Source of the DNA: an uncultured bacterium
Lineage (GTDB): Bacteria; Verrucomicrobiota; Kiritimatiellia; PWTM01
Reading direction: 5' to 3'
NCBI GenBank assembly: GCA_938010045.1
Contig: CALLFZ010000020.1
Coordinates: 38,754 to 102,753 of the forward strand
DNA: 64,000 nucleotides
Shown here: positions 48,227-60,090 of the stretch, piece by piece
Layout of the letters: each line of letters opens with the position of its first letter
Numbering within the stretch: position 1 is the stretch's first letter
Notes under the pieces: model-generated
Database searches by the model: none
What the model saw: only the letters and a program-made list of their open reading frames with translations
What the model was told of the DNA's origin: nothing
Program-made: the position numbers and the translations under genes

Positions 48227-49135
48227 TCAGGTCGCCGCGATCGCTCGCGACAGCGCCTGACCCGTGATTCGCTGGAACGCCTCGATGTACTTCACGCGCG
48301 TGCGCTCCACGACTTCGGCCGGCAACTCCGGTGCGGGCGGGGTCTTGTTCCACGGCAGCGATTCGAGGTAGTCGCGCACGTACTGCTTGTCGAACGAGGG
48401 CGGGTGGCGGCCGGGCTCGTACAGATCGGCCGGCCAGAACCGCGAGCTGTCGGGCGTCAGCACCTCGTCGACCAGGTGCAGTTCGCCGTTGATCAGGCCA
48501 AACTCAAACTTAGTGTCCGCAATGATGATCCCCCGCTCCGCGGCCCACACGGCGGCGCGGCGATAAAGTTCGATGCTCACATCACGCACTCGCCTCGCCA
48601 GCTCCGCGCCGATCAAGTCCGCCACTTGCTCGTAGGTGATGTTCTGATCATGCCCCACCTCCGCTTTCGTGGAGGGCGTAAACAGCGGCTCATCGAGACG
48701 GTCCGCCAGACGATACCCCGGTCTCAACGGGATGCCGCCAATCGTGCCGGTCGCCTGGTAGTCCTTCCATCCCGAGCCGATCAGATAGCCGCGCACGATG
48801 CACTCGATTGGCAGAATCTTGGCCTTCTTCACGATCATCGTCCGGCCACGCAGCATTCCGCGGTATTCCTGCAGCGCGGCGGGCAAGTCGCCGAAGCGCA
48901 CCGAGACGCAGTGATTCGGAACCACATCGGCGAGGTGCTGGAACCAGAAGGCAGACATCAAATTCAGCACATGCCCCTTGTTCGGGATCCCGGTCGGCAG
49001 CACGCAGTCGAATGCGGAGATCCGGTCGGTCGCGACGAACAGGCAGTGGTCGCCAAGGTCGAACACTTCGCGAACCTTCCCACTCTTGACCCGTGGAAGC
49101 TCGGGGATGTCAATCGAGGTGTAAGCGCGATCCAT
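48227..49135 (-). CDS. purC: Phosphoribosylaminoimidazole-succinocarboxamide synthase
   Basis: GKVREVFDLGDHCLFVATDRISAFD is the SAICAR synthetase signature. The start is at the internal ATG (49135). Confidence 0.9.
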   Translation of the reverse strand: MDRAYTSIDIPELPRVKSGKVREVFDLGDHCLFVATDRISAFDCVLPTGIPNKGHVLNLMSAFWFQHLADVVPNHCVSVRFGDLPAALQEYRGMLRGRTMIVKKAKILPIECIVRGYLIGSGWKDYQATGTIGGIPLRPGYRLADRLDEPLFTPSTKAEVGHDQNITYEQVADLIGAELARRVRDVSIELYRRAAVWAAERGIIIADTKFEFGLINGELHLVDEVLTPDSSRFWPADLYEPGRHPPSFDKQYVRDYLESLPWNKTPPAPELPAEVVERTRVKYIEAFQRITGQALSRAIAAT

Positions 49136-49218
49136 CTCAGATGTCTCCTTTCCGGGGTATACCCCCGTCGTTCCAGCGGCGCGCGGCGGCACGTTCGCGC
49201 GCCGGACGGCCGCGCATC

Positions 49219-50718
49219 CTATCGATCGGTCGCGACGCCCGCAAGCCAGTCGGCCAGCAGCCGCGCCCCAAAGAGTGTGGCGCCCGCGCCACGGTGGGCG
49301 GCCGCCGCTGGATCCCGCGCGGTGCCGGCGATATCCAAGTGCGCCCACCGCACGCCGTCCGGCACGAAGCGCCTCAGGAATGCCGCGCCGAGAATCGTGC
49401 CCGCGCCGTGCTCACCGCTGTCCGAATTGGCGAGGTCCGCAAATTCGCTGGCGAGCGCCTCGTCGTATTCCGGCCACAACGGCAGAGGCCACAGCCGCTC
49501 GCCGCAGTCTTCCCCCGCCGATCGCAGAGCCCCCATAAGCTCTTCGTCATTGCCGAGCACGGCAGCCGCATGGTGGCCCAGCGCAACGACCGCCGCCCCA
49601 GTCAGCGTCGCGACATCGACGATGATCTCGGGATCGCGCTCCGAGGCCATCGACAGCGCGTCGGCGAGGATCAGCCGTCCCTCCGCATCCGTGGACACCA
49701 CCTCGACCGTGAGACCGGATCGCGTGCGCACCACGTCGCCCGGCCGCACCGCTCCACCGTCGGGCATGTTCTCTGCCACGGGGAGCCAGCCCGAGACCCG
49801 CACCGGCAACCGGCGCACGGCAGCCAACACCATCGCGCCCAGCACCGCCATGCCGCCGCTCTTGTCGTAACGCATCATGTTCATGTTCTTCCATGGCTTC
49901 AGCGACAGGCCGCCGGAGTCGAACGTGATCGTCTTGCCGATCAGTGCGATGGGACGGCCACAGGCGCCAGGTCCCCGATACTCGATTTCGATCAGGCGCG
50001 GAGGGTGAACGCTACCACGGCCGACCGCCAACAACGCGCTGCACCGCTCGCGCTCCAACGCACGCCGCTCGTAGACGCGGACGCGCAGACCATGACGACG
50101 ACACAATCGCGCCGTTTCGCGCGCGATCACCTCAGGCGAGGCGAGGTTCGCGGGCAGATTCGCGAGCCGGACGACGTCGAGCAACGCCTCCGCCTCGGTC
50201 GCCCCCACCGCCGCTGCGCGAGCAACCCCCTGCGAGCGAGCCCCGGCGCGGACGACAACCTGCAAGGATCGGCGCCGGGGCGGCTCTCGCTGAAGCTTCT
50301 CCGGCCATCCGCCGCACAAGACCGCGGCGAACGCCAGGCGACGCGCCCAATCCACCGCTCCCCCAGACGCTGGCAGAGGGGCCACCAGCCGCTGGAATTC
50401 GCGGGCGGCGCACGTCCGCACCGCAGCCCCCAGTGATTGCTCCAGTCTCCATGGCGGTGGCTCCGCCGTCTCCCCCGCGCCGCTGAACACCCACCATGCG
50501 GGCCCTCTCGCGCCATCGCCGCGCAGCAGCGACACCGTGCCGAGCTTCGCGGCATCCGTGCATCGCGTCAGCCAGTCCTCAAGGCGCCGGGCAACGTCAT
50601 CGCTCGTTTCGATCAACGCCACGGGCCGACCCGCGCGACGTACCACCGGTACCCACACCGCACCACGGGCTTCCCCAGCCCCTCCCGGCCGAGCCGCGGA
50701 AACCTGAACCTTCGTCAA
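49219..50718 (-). CDS. pepA: Leucyl aminopeptidase (M17)
   Basis: NTDAEGRL-like STDAEGRLILADAL and GKTITFDSGGLSLK are M17 catalytic motifs. Confidence 0.88.
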   Translation of the reverse strand: MTKVQVSAARPGGAGEARGAVWVPVVRRAGRPVALIETSDDVARRLEDWLTRCTDAAKLGTVSLLRGDGARGPAWWVFSGAGETAEPPPWRLEQSLGAAVRTCAAREFQRLVAPLPASGGAVDWARRLAFAAVLCGGWPEKLQREPPRRRSLQVVVRAGARSQGVARAAAVGATEAEALLDVVRLANLPANLASPEVIARETARLCRRHGLRVRVYERRALERERCSALLAVGRGSVHPPRLIEIEYRGPGACGRPIALIGKTITFDSGGLSLKPWKNMNMMRYDKSGGMAVLGAMVLAAVRRLPVRVSGWLPVAENMPDGGAVRPGDVVRTRSGLTVEVVSTDAEGRLILADALSMASERDPEIIVDVATLTGAAVVALGHHAAAVLGNDEELMGALRSAGEDCGERLWPLPLWPEYDEALASEFADLANSDSGEHGAGTILGAAFLRRFVPDGVRWAHLDIAGTARDPAAAAHRGAGATLFGARLLADWLAGVATDR

Positions 50719-51077
50719 CGCAGCTCCTCCGGCAATTGCGCGCGACGCGCTGGATCCCCTGGAAGATCGTTGGCATCGAACCCCAGAAGCACAATCGCGC
50801 GCTCAAAGTTGCGTCGCGCCGCGCGCTCGCTGTTATAGGTCACCCTAACCACACGATTCGAAGGATCGGTCTCCACGCGGATCAGGATGTTCGTGTCGAA
50901 CCCGCGCAGTGCTTGCTCCACCATCTGGACTGCCTGCGGCGTCCGCATTTGAGGCACGCGGATCTCAAAGGTTCGAATCACCTCGCGGAAGCACCCGGCC
51001 GCCAAGAGCGCCGCGACCACACCACACATCCAGCGCATCAAGGTTCTCCTACCGTTCGTTCGGGCACGGACACGCAC
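50715..51077 (-). CDS. Hypothetical small lipoprotein
   Basis: The signal peptide has a lipobox (LLAAGCF). The stop overlaps the pepA start. There are no conserved cysteines for an HMA fold. Low confidence. Confidence 0.35.
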   Translation of the reverse strand: MRVRARTNGRRTLMRWMCGVVAALLAAGCFREVIRTFEIRVPQMRTPQAVQMVEQALRGFDTNILIRVETDPSNRVVRVTYNSERAARRNFERAIVLLGFDANDLPGDPARRAQLPEELR

Positions 51078-51798
51078 GATAGGGCTGCGCGGCTGCTCCT
51101 GTCAAATGATCGAATCTCGAGAGGAACACGGTCACCTCTCTGGGCGCAGGGGGCGAATCGAACCGACGGGGGTAGCCGGGACGTTGGCTCTGGCTAGGCG
51201 CCCTTGGGGACAGGCACAAGCGCAGACGACGCAACCATCTCGATCTCAATCTGCCGTGACTTTTTGTCGGGTGCCTGTCCCCATTTGAGTCCCCATTTGA
51301 ATCCTCGATCATTGTCGAGCGCCGCCGCGCCGATGCCCGCTCACAACGAGGCCGTCGATCGCGGCGGTCGTGGCACAGGGCTGGCCTGATGGTTTCCTCT
51401 CCGCTGTAGCTCCGGCGCTCCGCCGCCGGAACAAGGCTTGTGGGGGCCGGTGGTAGCAGGCACCTCGGACGGCGGCTGGGACAGGCCCCTCTGGAGCGGC
51501 TGCTGGGGAGAAACACGTACCTGCTCGGCCGAGCACTCCAGCGATCATCGCCCCGCCCTAGCCGCCAGAGATCGTCATAGGGACAGGCAGCGCTCTGGGC
51601 GCAGGCTGGTGCAGAGAACCGATCGGGTTCGCTAGGTGCCTGTCCCCAGTCCGGTCCCCAGCCCGCTGCCCCGTCCGCCATTGGGGACGCCATTGGGGAC
51701 AGGCACACGTCCCGCGGAATCCTCCTACCCGCATCCTGACCCCACGTTTTCCCCCTTCGAAACAAAATCCGCCGCGCAATCGGCTTTCCGGGGCCCTC

Positions 51799-51827
51799 TT
51801 GACGCAGAACCTTGTCGCTTGTATGTT
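51799..51827 (+). promoter_or_regulatory. Candidate sigma70-type promoter (TTGACG-17-TATGTT)
   Basis: The -35 and -10 hexamers have 17-nt spacing and lie immediately upstream of a strong hairpin and U-tract. The -35 region is conserved in island A (CTCTTGACACA at 29697). Confidence 0.3.
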
Positions 51828-51833
51828 GATCAT

Positions 51834-51897
51834 GGGCAGTGTGCGTTTTCCCTGGGTTCCCCACCCAACCTCCTTGGCGCACGCTGCCCTTTTTTTG
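51834..51897 (+). terminator. Intrinsic-terminator-like hairpin (12-bp stem with one G-U, 32-nt loop) plus a 7-T tract; with the promoter, a candidate small RNA of about 60 nt
   Basis: GGGCAGTGTGCG...CGCACGCTGCCC is followed by TTTTTTT. The U-tract exists only in the + orientation, which is antisense to cysK. Confidence 0.4.
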
Positions 51898-51954
51898 TTT
51901 GCGTAGCCACGAAACCGGCCGGATGGCCTGGACCGAAGCGGTCGTCGTGCAGCC

Positions 51955-52911
51955 TCAGCCAATGCCCTCAAACAATGCGGTGGACAAGTACCGCTCGCCC
52001 GCGTCGGGCAGAACCACGACGATCGTCTTCCCCGCCATCTCCGGCTCACGCGCAACGCGCACCGCCACCGCGGCCGCGGCACCGCAGGAGATCCCGCACA
52101 GAATCCCCTCTTCGCGCGCGAGCCGTCGCGCCATTTCAATCGCTTCCTGGCTATCCACCTGCTCCACCCGGTCCACGAGCCCGAGGTCCAGCACATCGGG
52201 TAGGAAGCCCGCGCCGATGCCCTGAATCTTGTGCGGACCGGGTTTCAACTCCTGCCCGGCCAGCTTCTGGGAGATCACCGGACTTTCGCGCGGCTCCACC
52301 GCGATGGAGTACAGCGGACGTCCGCGCACGCGCTCGAAATAGCGCGACACGCCCGTGATCGTGCCCCCCGTCCCCACGCCGGCCACGAGCACATCCACCT
52401 GTCCCTCGGTATCGTTCCAAATCTCCGGCCCCGTGGTGGCCTCGTGAATGGCGGGATTCGCGGGATTCTTGAACTGTTGCGGCAGGAAATAACGCTCGGG
52501 ATCCGAGGCCGCAATCTCCTCTGCGCGCCGCACGGCGCCCCGCATACCCTCGCTGCCGGGGGTGAGGACGAGACGCGCGCCGAACATGGCCAGTACCCGA
52601 CGGCGCTCGAGGCTCATCGTCTCGGGCATCGTTAGCGTTAGCGGATATCCGCGAGCCGCCGCGACGAACGCGAGCGCGATACCGGTATTGCCGCTCGTCG
52701 GCTCGATGATCTCCATCCCTTGGCGCAAAACACCTCGCTGTTCCGCATCCCACACCATCGAGGCGCCGATGCGGCACTTCACCGAGTACGCCGGATTTCG
52801 CCCCTCAATCTTCGCGAGAACCGTCGCCTTCGCGTCACCCACCACGCGGTTCAGCCGCACCAGGGGAGTCCGCCCGATGGACTCCGAATTGTCGGCAAAG
52901 ATCATGCTCAT
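51955..52911 (-). CDS. cysK: Cysteine synthase A (O-acetylserine sulfhydrylase)
   Basis: [17 protein letters not shown]...[12 protein letters not shown] is the PLP-lysine region. Confidence 0.9.
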   Translation of the reverse strand: MSMIFADNSESIGRTPLVRLNRVVGDAKATVLAKIEGRNPAYSVKCRIGASMVWDAEQRGVLRQGMEIIEPTSGNTGIALAFVAAARGYPLTLTMPETMSLERRRVLAMFGARLVLTPGSEGMRGAVRRAEEIAASDPERYFLPQQFKNPANPAIHEATTGPEIWNDTEGQVDVLVAGVGTGGTITGVSRYFERVRGRPLYSIAVEPRESPVISQKLAGQELKPGPHKIQGIGAGFLPDVLDLGLVDRVEQVDSQEAIEMARRLAREEGILCGISCGAAAAVAVRVAREPEMAGKTIVVVLPDAGERYLSTALFEGIG

Positions 52912-54152
52912 GTTCGTGTGCTCCCTTCGGACCCGTCGTCACGCCCGGATCTGCCGTTCTCAGGCCTCCCCGACAGCGGCCGCCCGGCCGCCGTCGCACC
53001 CGCCGGTGCGGCATCGGCAGCCAACGCCTGCTCCAGATCGCCCATCAAGTCGTCCGGATGCTCGATGCCGACCGAAAGTCTCACGAGATGGTCGGAAATA
53101 CCGCGCGCGCGCCGTTCGGACGGCGGAATTGAGGCATGGGTCATGCGCGGCGGGTAACACACGAGCGATTCCACTCCGCCCAGACTCTCCGCCAGCGCGA
53201 ACACGCGCAGACGACTAACGAACCGCTCGATGGCCGGGAATCCGCCGCGCAACTCGAAACTCACCATCCCGCCGCCGCCCGCCATCTGTCGGCGCACAAG
53301 CTCGGCCTGCGGATGGTCCACGAACCCCGGATAGTACACCCGCTCCACCGATGGATGACGGCGCAGCCATTCGGCCACCATCGCCGCGTTCCGACAGTGC
53401 GCTTGCATCCGCACCGCCAGCGTCTTGAGCCCCCGCAGCGCGAGCCAGCAGTCCCACGGCCCCGGCACAGCGCCGAACGCGTTCTGATACAGCCAGATGC
53501 GCCGGCCCACCTCCTCCTCCCGCCAAACCACGGCCCCTCCGATCAGGTCGCTGTGACCGCCAATGTACTTCGTCGTGCTGTGCACCACGAGATCCGCACC
53601 GAGCTCCAGCGGCCGCTGCAACCAGGGACTCGCAAACGTGTTATCCACCGCCAGCAGCGCGCCGTGCTCCCGCGCGATCTGCGCCACCGCCGCGATGTCC
53701 ACCAGCTTCAGCAGCGGATTCGTCGGCGTCTCGATCCAGATCAGCCGCGTTGAAGGTCGCATCGCGGCACAATACGCCTCTGGTTCGGTCGTCCTCACAT
53801 AGTCGAACACAAGGCCCCACGGCCGAAAATAGCGCTCGAACAGGCGGTAGGTGCCGCCATACAGATCGTCGCCGGCGATGACGTGGTCGCCCGGCCGCAG
53901 CAGGTGAAGCACGGCCGCCGTCGCCGCGACACCGGAAGCGAACGCCGCGGCCCCCGCGCCGCTTTCCACGGCCGCCAGCGCCGTCTCCAGCGCCGTCCGC
54001 GTGGGATTGCCGGTCCGCGAGTATTCGTAGCCCCGCGGACGTCCGATGCCGTCTTGCTGATACGTCGACGTTTGATACACCGGCACCGTGATCGCCCCCG
54101 TTCGGCGGTCCGGTTCCTGACCCGCGTGAATCGCCAGCGTTTCAAACTTCAC
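52908..54152 (-). CDS. Cystathionine gamma-lyase / gamma-synthase family PLP enzyme
   Basis: The Cys/Met-metabolism PLP family is indicated by YSRTGNPT...[15 protein letters not shown] (TKY lysine). Confidence 0.85.
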   Translation of the reverse strand: MKFETLAIHAGQEPDRRTGAITVPVYQTSTYQQDGIGRPRGYEYSRTGNPTRTALETALAAVESGAGAAAFASGVAATAAVLHLLRPGDHVIAGDDLYGGTYRLFERYFRPWGLVFDYVRTTEPEAYCAAMRPSTRLIWIETPTNPLLKLVDIAAVAQIAREHGALLAVDNTFASPWLQRPLELGADLVVHSTTKYIGGHSDLIGGAVVWREEEVGRRIWLYQNAFGAVPGPWDCWLALRGLKTLAVRMQAHCRNAAMVAEWLRRHPSVERVYYPGFVDHPQAELVRRQMAGGGGMVSFELRGGFPAIERFVSRLRVFALAESLGGVESLVCYPPRMTHASIPPSERRARGISDHLVRLSVGIEHPDDLMGDLEQALAADAAPAGATAAGRPLSGRPENGRSGRDDGSEGSTRT

Positions 54153-55540
54153 AGTCCGGCTCCCAGATCCGACTCCGGCTCATCCCGACGCATGATGAAG
54201 AAATCAATCACGTCCATCTTCGTCACCACGCCGACCGGCGTGCCGCCGCGCGTCACTAGGATCGCCGGCGCGCCGGCCAAAAACCCGCGATAGGCGGTGC
54301 CAACCTCAACGTTCTCATCGAGCTCGGGCAGCGGCCGGCCCATCACCGCGCCCACCTCCTGGTTGCTCGCATCGATGCCGTCCAGCAGCAGCTTCATGAT
54401 CGTGGCCTCTTGCAGGCTGCCCACGGCGCATCCGTTCTCGATCACGGGCAACTGTGAGATGTTGTAGACGTGCATCAACTCAACGGCTCGCCGCAGCCGA
54501 TCGCGCGGTGTGACCGCGATCAGGTCGGGCATCACGTGCTTCAGCCGCAGCACATCGGCCAGCGTGCGCCGACGCCGGTGGGACGGCTCCCAAAATCCGT
54601 GCTCACGCATCCAGTCGTCGTTGAAGCATTTCGTGAGGTAATTGCGCGCGGTGTCGGGCAAGAGCACGACCACCAGCCGCGGTTTGCGCATCGTCTCGGC
54701 ATATTTGATGGCCGCCGCCACAGCCGTGCCGGACGAACCGCCAGCGAGGATTCCCTCCTCGCGTGCGAGACGACGCGCCATGAGGAACGACTCGCGATCG
54801 TTGACGCGGACCATTTCGTCCACCACCGGTCGGTCGAAGGTACGGGGCACGAAGTCTTCTCCGATCCCCTCCACCAGGTACGTCCGCGGCTGACCGCCGG
54901 AGAGCACGGAGCCCTCGGGATCGGCCCCGACAATCTGAATGTCCGGATTGCGCTCCTTCAGATACCGCCCCACACCGGAGATGGTGCCGCCCGTACCCAT
55001 GCCGGCCACAAACACGCCGACCTGACCGCCGGTCTGCTCCCAGATCTCGGGACCGGTGGAACGGTAGTGCGCGGCAGGATTTTCCGCGTTCATGAACTGG
55101 TTGGGACGGAACGCGCCCGGGATTTCGCGGGCGAGTCGGTCGGCCACCCCGTTGTAGCTATCGGGCGAGTCGGGCGGCACATCGGTGGCCGTGACCACGA
55201 CCTCGGCGCCGAGCGCCCGCAGCAGTCGCATTTTGTCCTCGCTCATCTTATCGGGCATCACCACGATGAGCCGATAGCCCTTGACCGCCGCCACCAACGC
55301 CAGACCGACACCCGTGTTGCCCGCCGTCGCCTCGATGATCGTGCCGCCCGGTTGGAGGTGGCCCGCCCGTTCCGCGGCTTCGATCATCGCCAACGCCGGA
55401 CGGTCCTTCACGCTGCCGCCAGGGTTGAGAAACTCTGCCTTGACGCAGATCGGCGAGTCGACGTGCGCCGCGATGCGGCGCAAGCGGATAAGCGGCGTGC
55501 GGCCGATCGCCTCAAGGACCGATCCGCAAATGCCCATCAA
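54149..55540 (-). CDS. Cystathionine beta-synthase (PLP domain + tandem CBS domains)
   Basis: A CysK-like catalytic domain (NPGGSVKDR...ATAGNTGVGLA) is followed by two C-terminal CBS domains. Confidence 0.82.
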   Translation of the reverse strand: MMGICGSVLEAIGRTPLIRLRRIAAHVDSPICVKAEFLNPGGSVKDRPALAMIEAAERAGHLQPGGTIIEATAGNTGVGLALVAAVKGYRLIVVMPDKMSEDKMRLLRALGAEVVVTATDVPPDSPDSYNGVADRLAREIPGAFRPNQFMNAENPAAHYRSTGPEIWEQTGGQVGVFVAGMGTGGTISGVGRYLKERNPDIQIVGADPEGSVLSGGQPRTYLVEGIGEDFVPRTFDRPVVDEMVRVNDRESFLMARRLAREEGILAGGSSGTAVAAAIKYAETMRKPRLVVVLLPDTARNYLTKCFNDDWMREHGFWEPSHRRRRTLADVLRLKHVMPDLIAVTPRDRLRRAVELMHVYNISQLPVIENGCAVGSLQEATIMKLLLDGIDASNQEVGAVMGRPLPELDENVEVGTAYRGFLAGAPAILVTRGGTPVGVVTKMDVIDFFIMRRDEPESDLGAGL

Positions 55541-55543
55541 TCG

Positions 55544-56014
55544 TCACCCCCACGATCTGGCAGACTCACCTGGGTTTCGCTCTTCCAGTTCGATCCGCAC
55601 CGGCGTCGGGTTCGCCAGATTGTCCGACACCGGACAGCGTCCACGCACCGTCTCGAGCCAGCGGGAAAGGGTCGCCGGATCCGCATCCGCCACCACGCGC
55701 AGAACCGCTCGGATCTCGCGAAAACCGGCGCGCGCCGAAGTCGGCTCTCCGCGGAAGCGCGCTGGGTCGAGCACGCCACTCAGCGCCATCTCAAGGGAGC
55801 GGATCGCGAATCCCATCTCCCGCGCCACGACATGCGCTACCACGTTGAGGCAGCCCGCCAGCCCGGCCAGCACGTGTTCCACGGGATTTGCGCCCGCGTC
55901 GGACCCCCCCAAGTCCGCCGGCTCGTCCACCACCAGTCGAAACTGGCGGGCCGTCACCACTGTACGTGCGGCCGACTCCGATCGTCCCACCACCGCGAAT
56001 TCGACATCCGACAT
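55544..56014 (-). CDS. OsmC/Ohr family peroxiredoxin-like protein
   Basis: The 156-aa product contains GANPVEHVLAGLAGCL and a C-terminal CP motif region. Confidence 0.78.
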   Translation of the reverse strand: MSDVEFAVVGRSESAARTVVTARQFRLVVDEPADLGGSDAGANPVEHVLAGLAGCLNVVAHVVAREMGFAIRSLEMALSGVLDPARFRGEPTSARAGFREIRAVLRVVADADPATLSRWLETVRGRCPVSDNLANPTPVRIELEERNPGESARSWG

Positions 56015-56046
56015 GACGTCGCCCTCAGTGTTCGTAGCGCGATCGC

Positions 56047-57857
<1,811 letters not shown>

Positions 57858-57889
57858 CATTGCGCGCGGTCTTTCCCATTTCTGCACTC

Positions 57890-57918
57890 ATTCTACACCA
57901 TCCCAGAATGATGTCAAG
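57890..57918 (-). promoter_or_regulatory. Near-consensus sigma70 promoter for the Rrf2-headed operon (TTGACA-17-TAGAAT on minus strand)
   Basis: Minus-strand reading gives TTGACATCATTCTGGGATGGTGTAGAATGAG, about 35 nt upstream of the Rrf2 ATG, in a locally AT-rich island. Confidence 0.5.
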
Positions 57919-58115
57919 TTTTTCGATTCGGTTAGTTCTGTTTTTCAGATCTCTAAACTTTACCCATTGACGTTCAAACACTACGAATCAAGTTCTCTAA
58001 ACAAGTTGTCGCAAACACATTCGAGGATCAAACGAAAAACGCGACGAATCCGATATTGGGCCGGCGGAGCTTTTTCCGCGGACCGCGCGCCAGACACGCC
58101 CGCGAACTCAATCGG

Positions 58116-58937
58116 TCAGTCGGAACGAAGATCGAGCTCCGCCGCCACGAGGCACATGGCGGCCATGGCCGCCGTCTCGACCCTCAAAATCTGCCGGCTG
58201 AGCTGAATCTTCGCGAAACCCGCCGCGCACAGCCGCCGGACCTCAGCTTCGCTCCACCCTCCTTCCGGTCCCACCGCCACGCGAACGCGCCGGCCGGAAT
58301 CCGGCAACAGCAGCCGTTCCCGCATGACCGTCCAACCTTCCGCGCCTGAGCCAGTATCGCAAATAAGCGAGACATCCGCATCGCAGCTTGCGGCAACAGC
58401 CGCATCCATATCGCCGAACCAGAGAACCTGGGGCAGACGATTGCGCCCACATTGTTTCGCGGCCGCAATCGCGGTGGCGCGCCATCGCTCAGCCCAGCGC
58501 CCACAAGCCGCCGCTGACGGACGACCGATCGTTCGCTCGGCGGCGAACAATATGACGCGATGAAAGCCGAGCTCAACGGCAGCGCGTACGATCTCGTCCT
58601 TCTTCTCCCCCTTCGGCGCGCCCTGCAGAAGCGTGCCGTGCCATCGGGACGGCGCTTCGCAGATCGGAATCTCCAATTCGAGAGACACCGTCCGGCCGTG
58701 CACCGAGCTGACCCACCCTTGCGCACTCCGCCCTTCGCCGTCGAATGCCTCCACCGGCGCACCGGCTCCCAGCCGCAGCACCACCGCGATGTGGTGCGAT
58801 TCCTCCGGGCTTAGAGTCGCCTCCCCCCCATCGGGCGGAAGATTCTCTACGAAGCAGCGAGGGGGACGATGAGCGGACCGTTCGTCGGGCTGACCGCCCC
58901 GGATGGCGTCATGCCTCGAGCTTCGCCTTCCGGTCAT
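58116..58937 (-). CDS. rsmE: 16S rRNA (uracil1498-N3)-methyltransferase
   Basis: The product has an RsmE fold (PRCFVE..., then the SPOUT C-terminus [11 protein letters not shown]). The only in-frame start, the ATG at 58937, overlaps the dnaJ 3' end by 29 nt. Confidence 0.7.
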   Translation of the reverse strand: MTGRRSSRHDAIRGGQPDERSAHRPPRCFVENLPPDGGEATLSPEESHHIAVVLRLGAGAPVEAFDGEGRSAQGWVSSVHGRTVSLELEIPICEAPSRWHGTLLQGAPKGEKKDEIVRAAVELGFHRVILFAAERTIGRPSAAACGRWAERWRATAIAAAKQCGRNRLPQVLWFGDMDAAVAASCDADVSLICDTGSGAEGWTVMRERLLLPDSGRRVRVAVGPEGGWSEAEVRRLCAAGFAKIQLSRQILRVETAAMAAMCLVAAELDLRSD

Positions 58938-60090
58938 AGTATCGGTCCACGCGCCGCTGAAACTCCGTGATCTCAGGATAGTTGGAGGGCTCGAGCAGAC
59001 TCCGCAACTCCTCCAGCGCCTTGCGCTGACGCGCGGAGAGGCGCTGCGGCACTTCGATGCGCACTCGGACGAAATGATCTCCGTGTACGCCCTGGCGCGG
59101 ATTCCGCACGCCCTGGCCCGCCAATCGGAACATCCGCCCACTTTCGGTACCGGCCGGGATTTTCAACCTTGCCGGCCCGTGAATTGTGGGCACTTCGATC
59201 TCGCCGCCCGTGATCGCGACATCGAAGGGGATGGGCACCTCGCACAGAATGTCATCACCGCGACGCTCGAAGACATCGTGCGGCCGCACGTGCAGCACCA
59301 CGTACAGGTCGCCCGCCGCGCCGCCGCGGAATCCCGCCTCTCCATGCCCGGCCAGCCGCAGCCGCGAACCGGTCTCGACGCCCGCCGGAATCTTGAGCTC
59401 TACTGTCCGCCGCGCCTTGACCCGGCCCTCACCGCGGCAGGTCCGACACGGACGCGCCAGCACCTCCCCCGTGCCGTGGCAGTGCGGACATGTCCGCCGC
59501 ACCTGGAAAAAGCCCTGCGAATGCACGATCATGCCGCGACCGCCACAGTGCCGGCATCGTTCGCGTCCGCTTCCCCGTTCCGCCCCGCTGCCGCCGCAAT
59601 CGGGACAGGGCTGGAGCATCGGCAGCTGCAGTTCCCGGCGTGACCCCAACACGGCCTCCTCGAAGTCAATCTCCAGGTCGAATCTGAGATCGCCGCCGCG
59701 GTGCGACTCGCCCCGCCCTTCCTCTTCAACTCCAACCCCAAAGAAGTCGTCGAAAATGCTGCCCGCGCCGCCGAACGCGCCCATGAACGTCCGCAACGCC
59801 TCTTCCAAATCAATGCCGCCGAAGCCGCCCGTGAAACCACCGCCTGGCCCCGGCCCACCTCCGAAGGCCGCATGGCCGAACTGGTCGTACTGTCGGCGTT
59901 TCTCCGGATCGCTCAGCACTTCGTACGCCTCGGAGATCTGCTTGAACTTCTCCTCGGCCGCTTTGTTGCCGGGGTTGCGGTCGGGATGGTATTGCAAAGC
60001 CAGACGCCGATACGCTTTCTTGATGTCCTCGGCGCTCGCGTCCCGCGGAATTCCCAGAACCTCGTAGTAGTCCGGCCGCACGTCAGGCAT
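58909..60090 (-). CDS. dnaJ: Molecular chaperone DnaJ
   Basis: A J-domain ([33 protein letters not shown]) is followed by a G/F region and four CxxCxGxG zinc-finger repeats. Confidence 0.93.
   Translation of the reverse strand: MPDVRPDYYEVLGIPRDASAEDIKKAYRRLALQYHPDRNPGNKAAEEKFKQISEAYEVLSDPEKRRQYDQFGHAAFGGGPGPGGGFTGGFGGIDLEEALRTFMGAFGGAGSIFDDFFGVGVEEEGRGESHRGGDLRFDLEIDFEEAVLGSRRELQLPMLQPCPDCGGSGAERGSGRERCRHCGGRGMIVHSQGFFQVRRTCPHCHGTGEVLARPCRTCRGEGRVKARRTVELKIPAGVETGSRLRLAGHGEAGFRGGAAGDLYVVLHVRPHDVFERRGDDILCEVPIPFDVAITGGEIEVPTIHGPARLKIPAGTESGRMFRLAGQGVRNPRQGVHGDHFVRVRIEVPQRLSARQRKALEELRSLLEPSNYPEITEFQRRVDRYYDRKAKLEA

Larger units (their letters stand above)
51078..51954. repeat. Non-coding repeat island B, paralogous to island A (GGGGACAGGCAC / GTGCCTGTCCCC modules)
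   Basis: Core units lie at 51206, 51271 (inverted), 51478 (variant), 51578, 51636 (inverted) and 51696, with CCATTGGGGAC duplicated at 51678 and 51690. Segments 51206-51360 align to 29440-29600. Confidence 0.65.

Noticed and set aside
50715-51077. Heavy-metal-associated (HMA) copper-chaperone call for the small lipoprotein
   Set aside because: It lacks the MxCxxC metal-binding motif, so only a generic lipoprotein call is supported.
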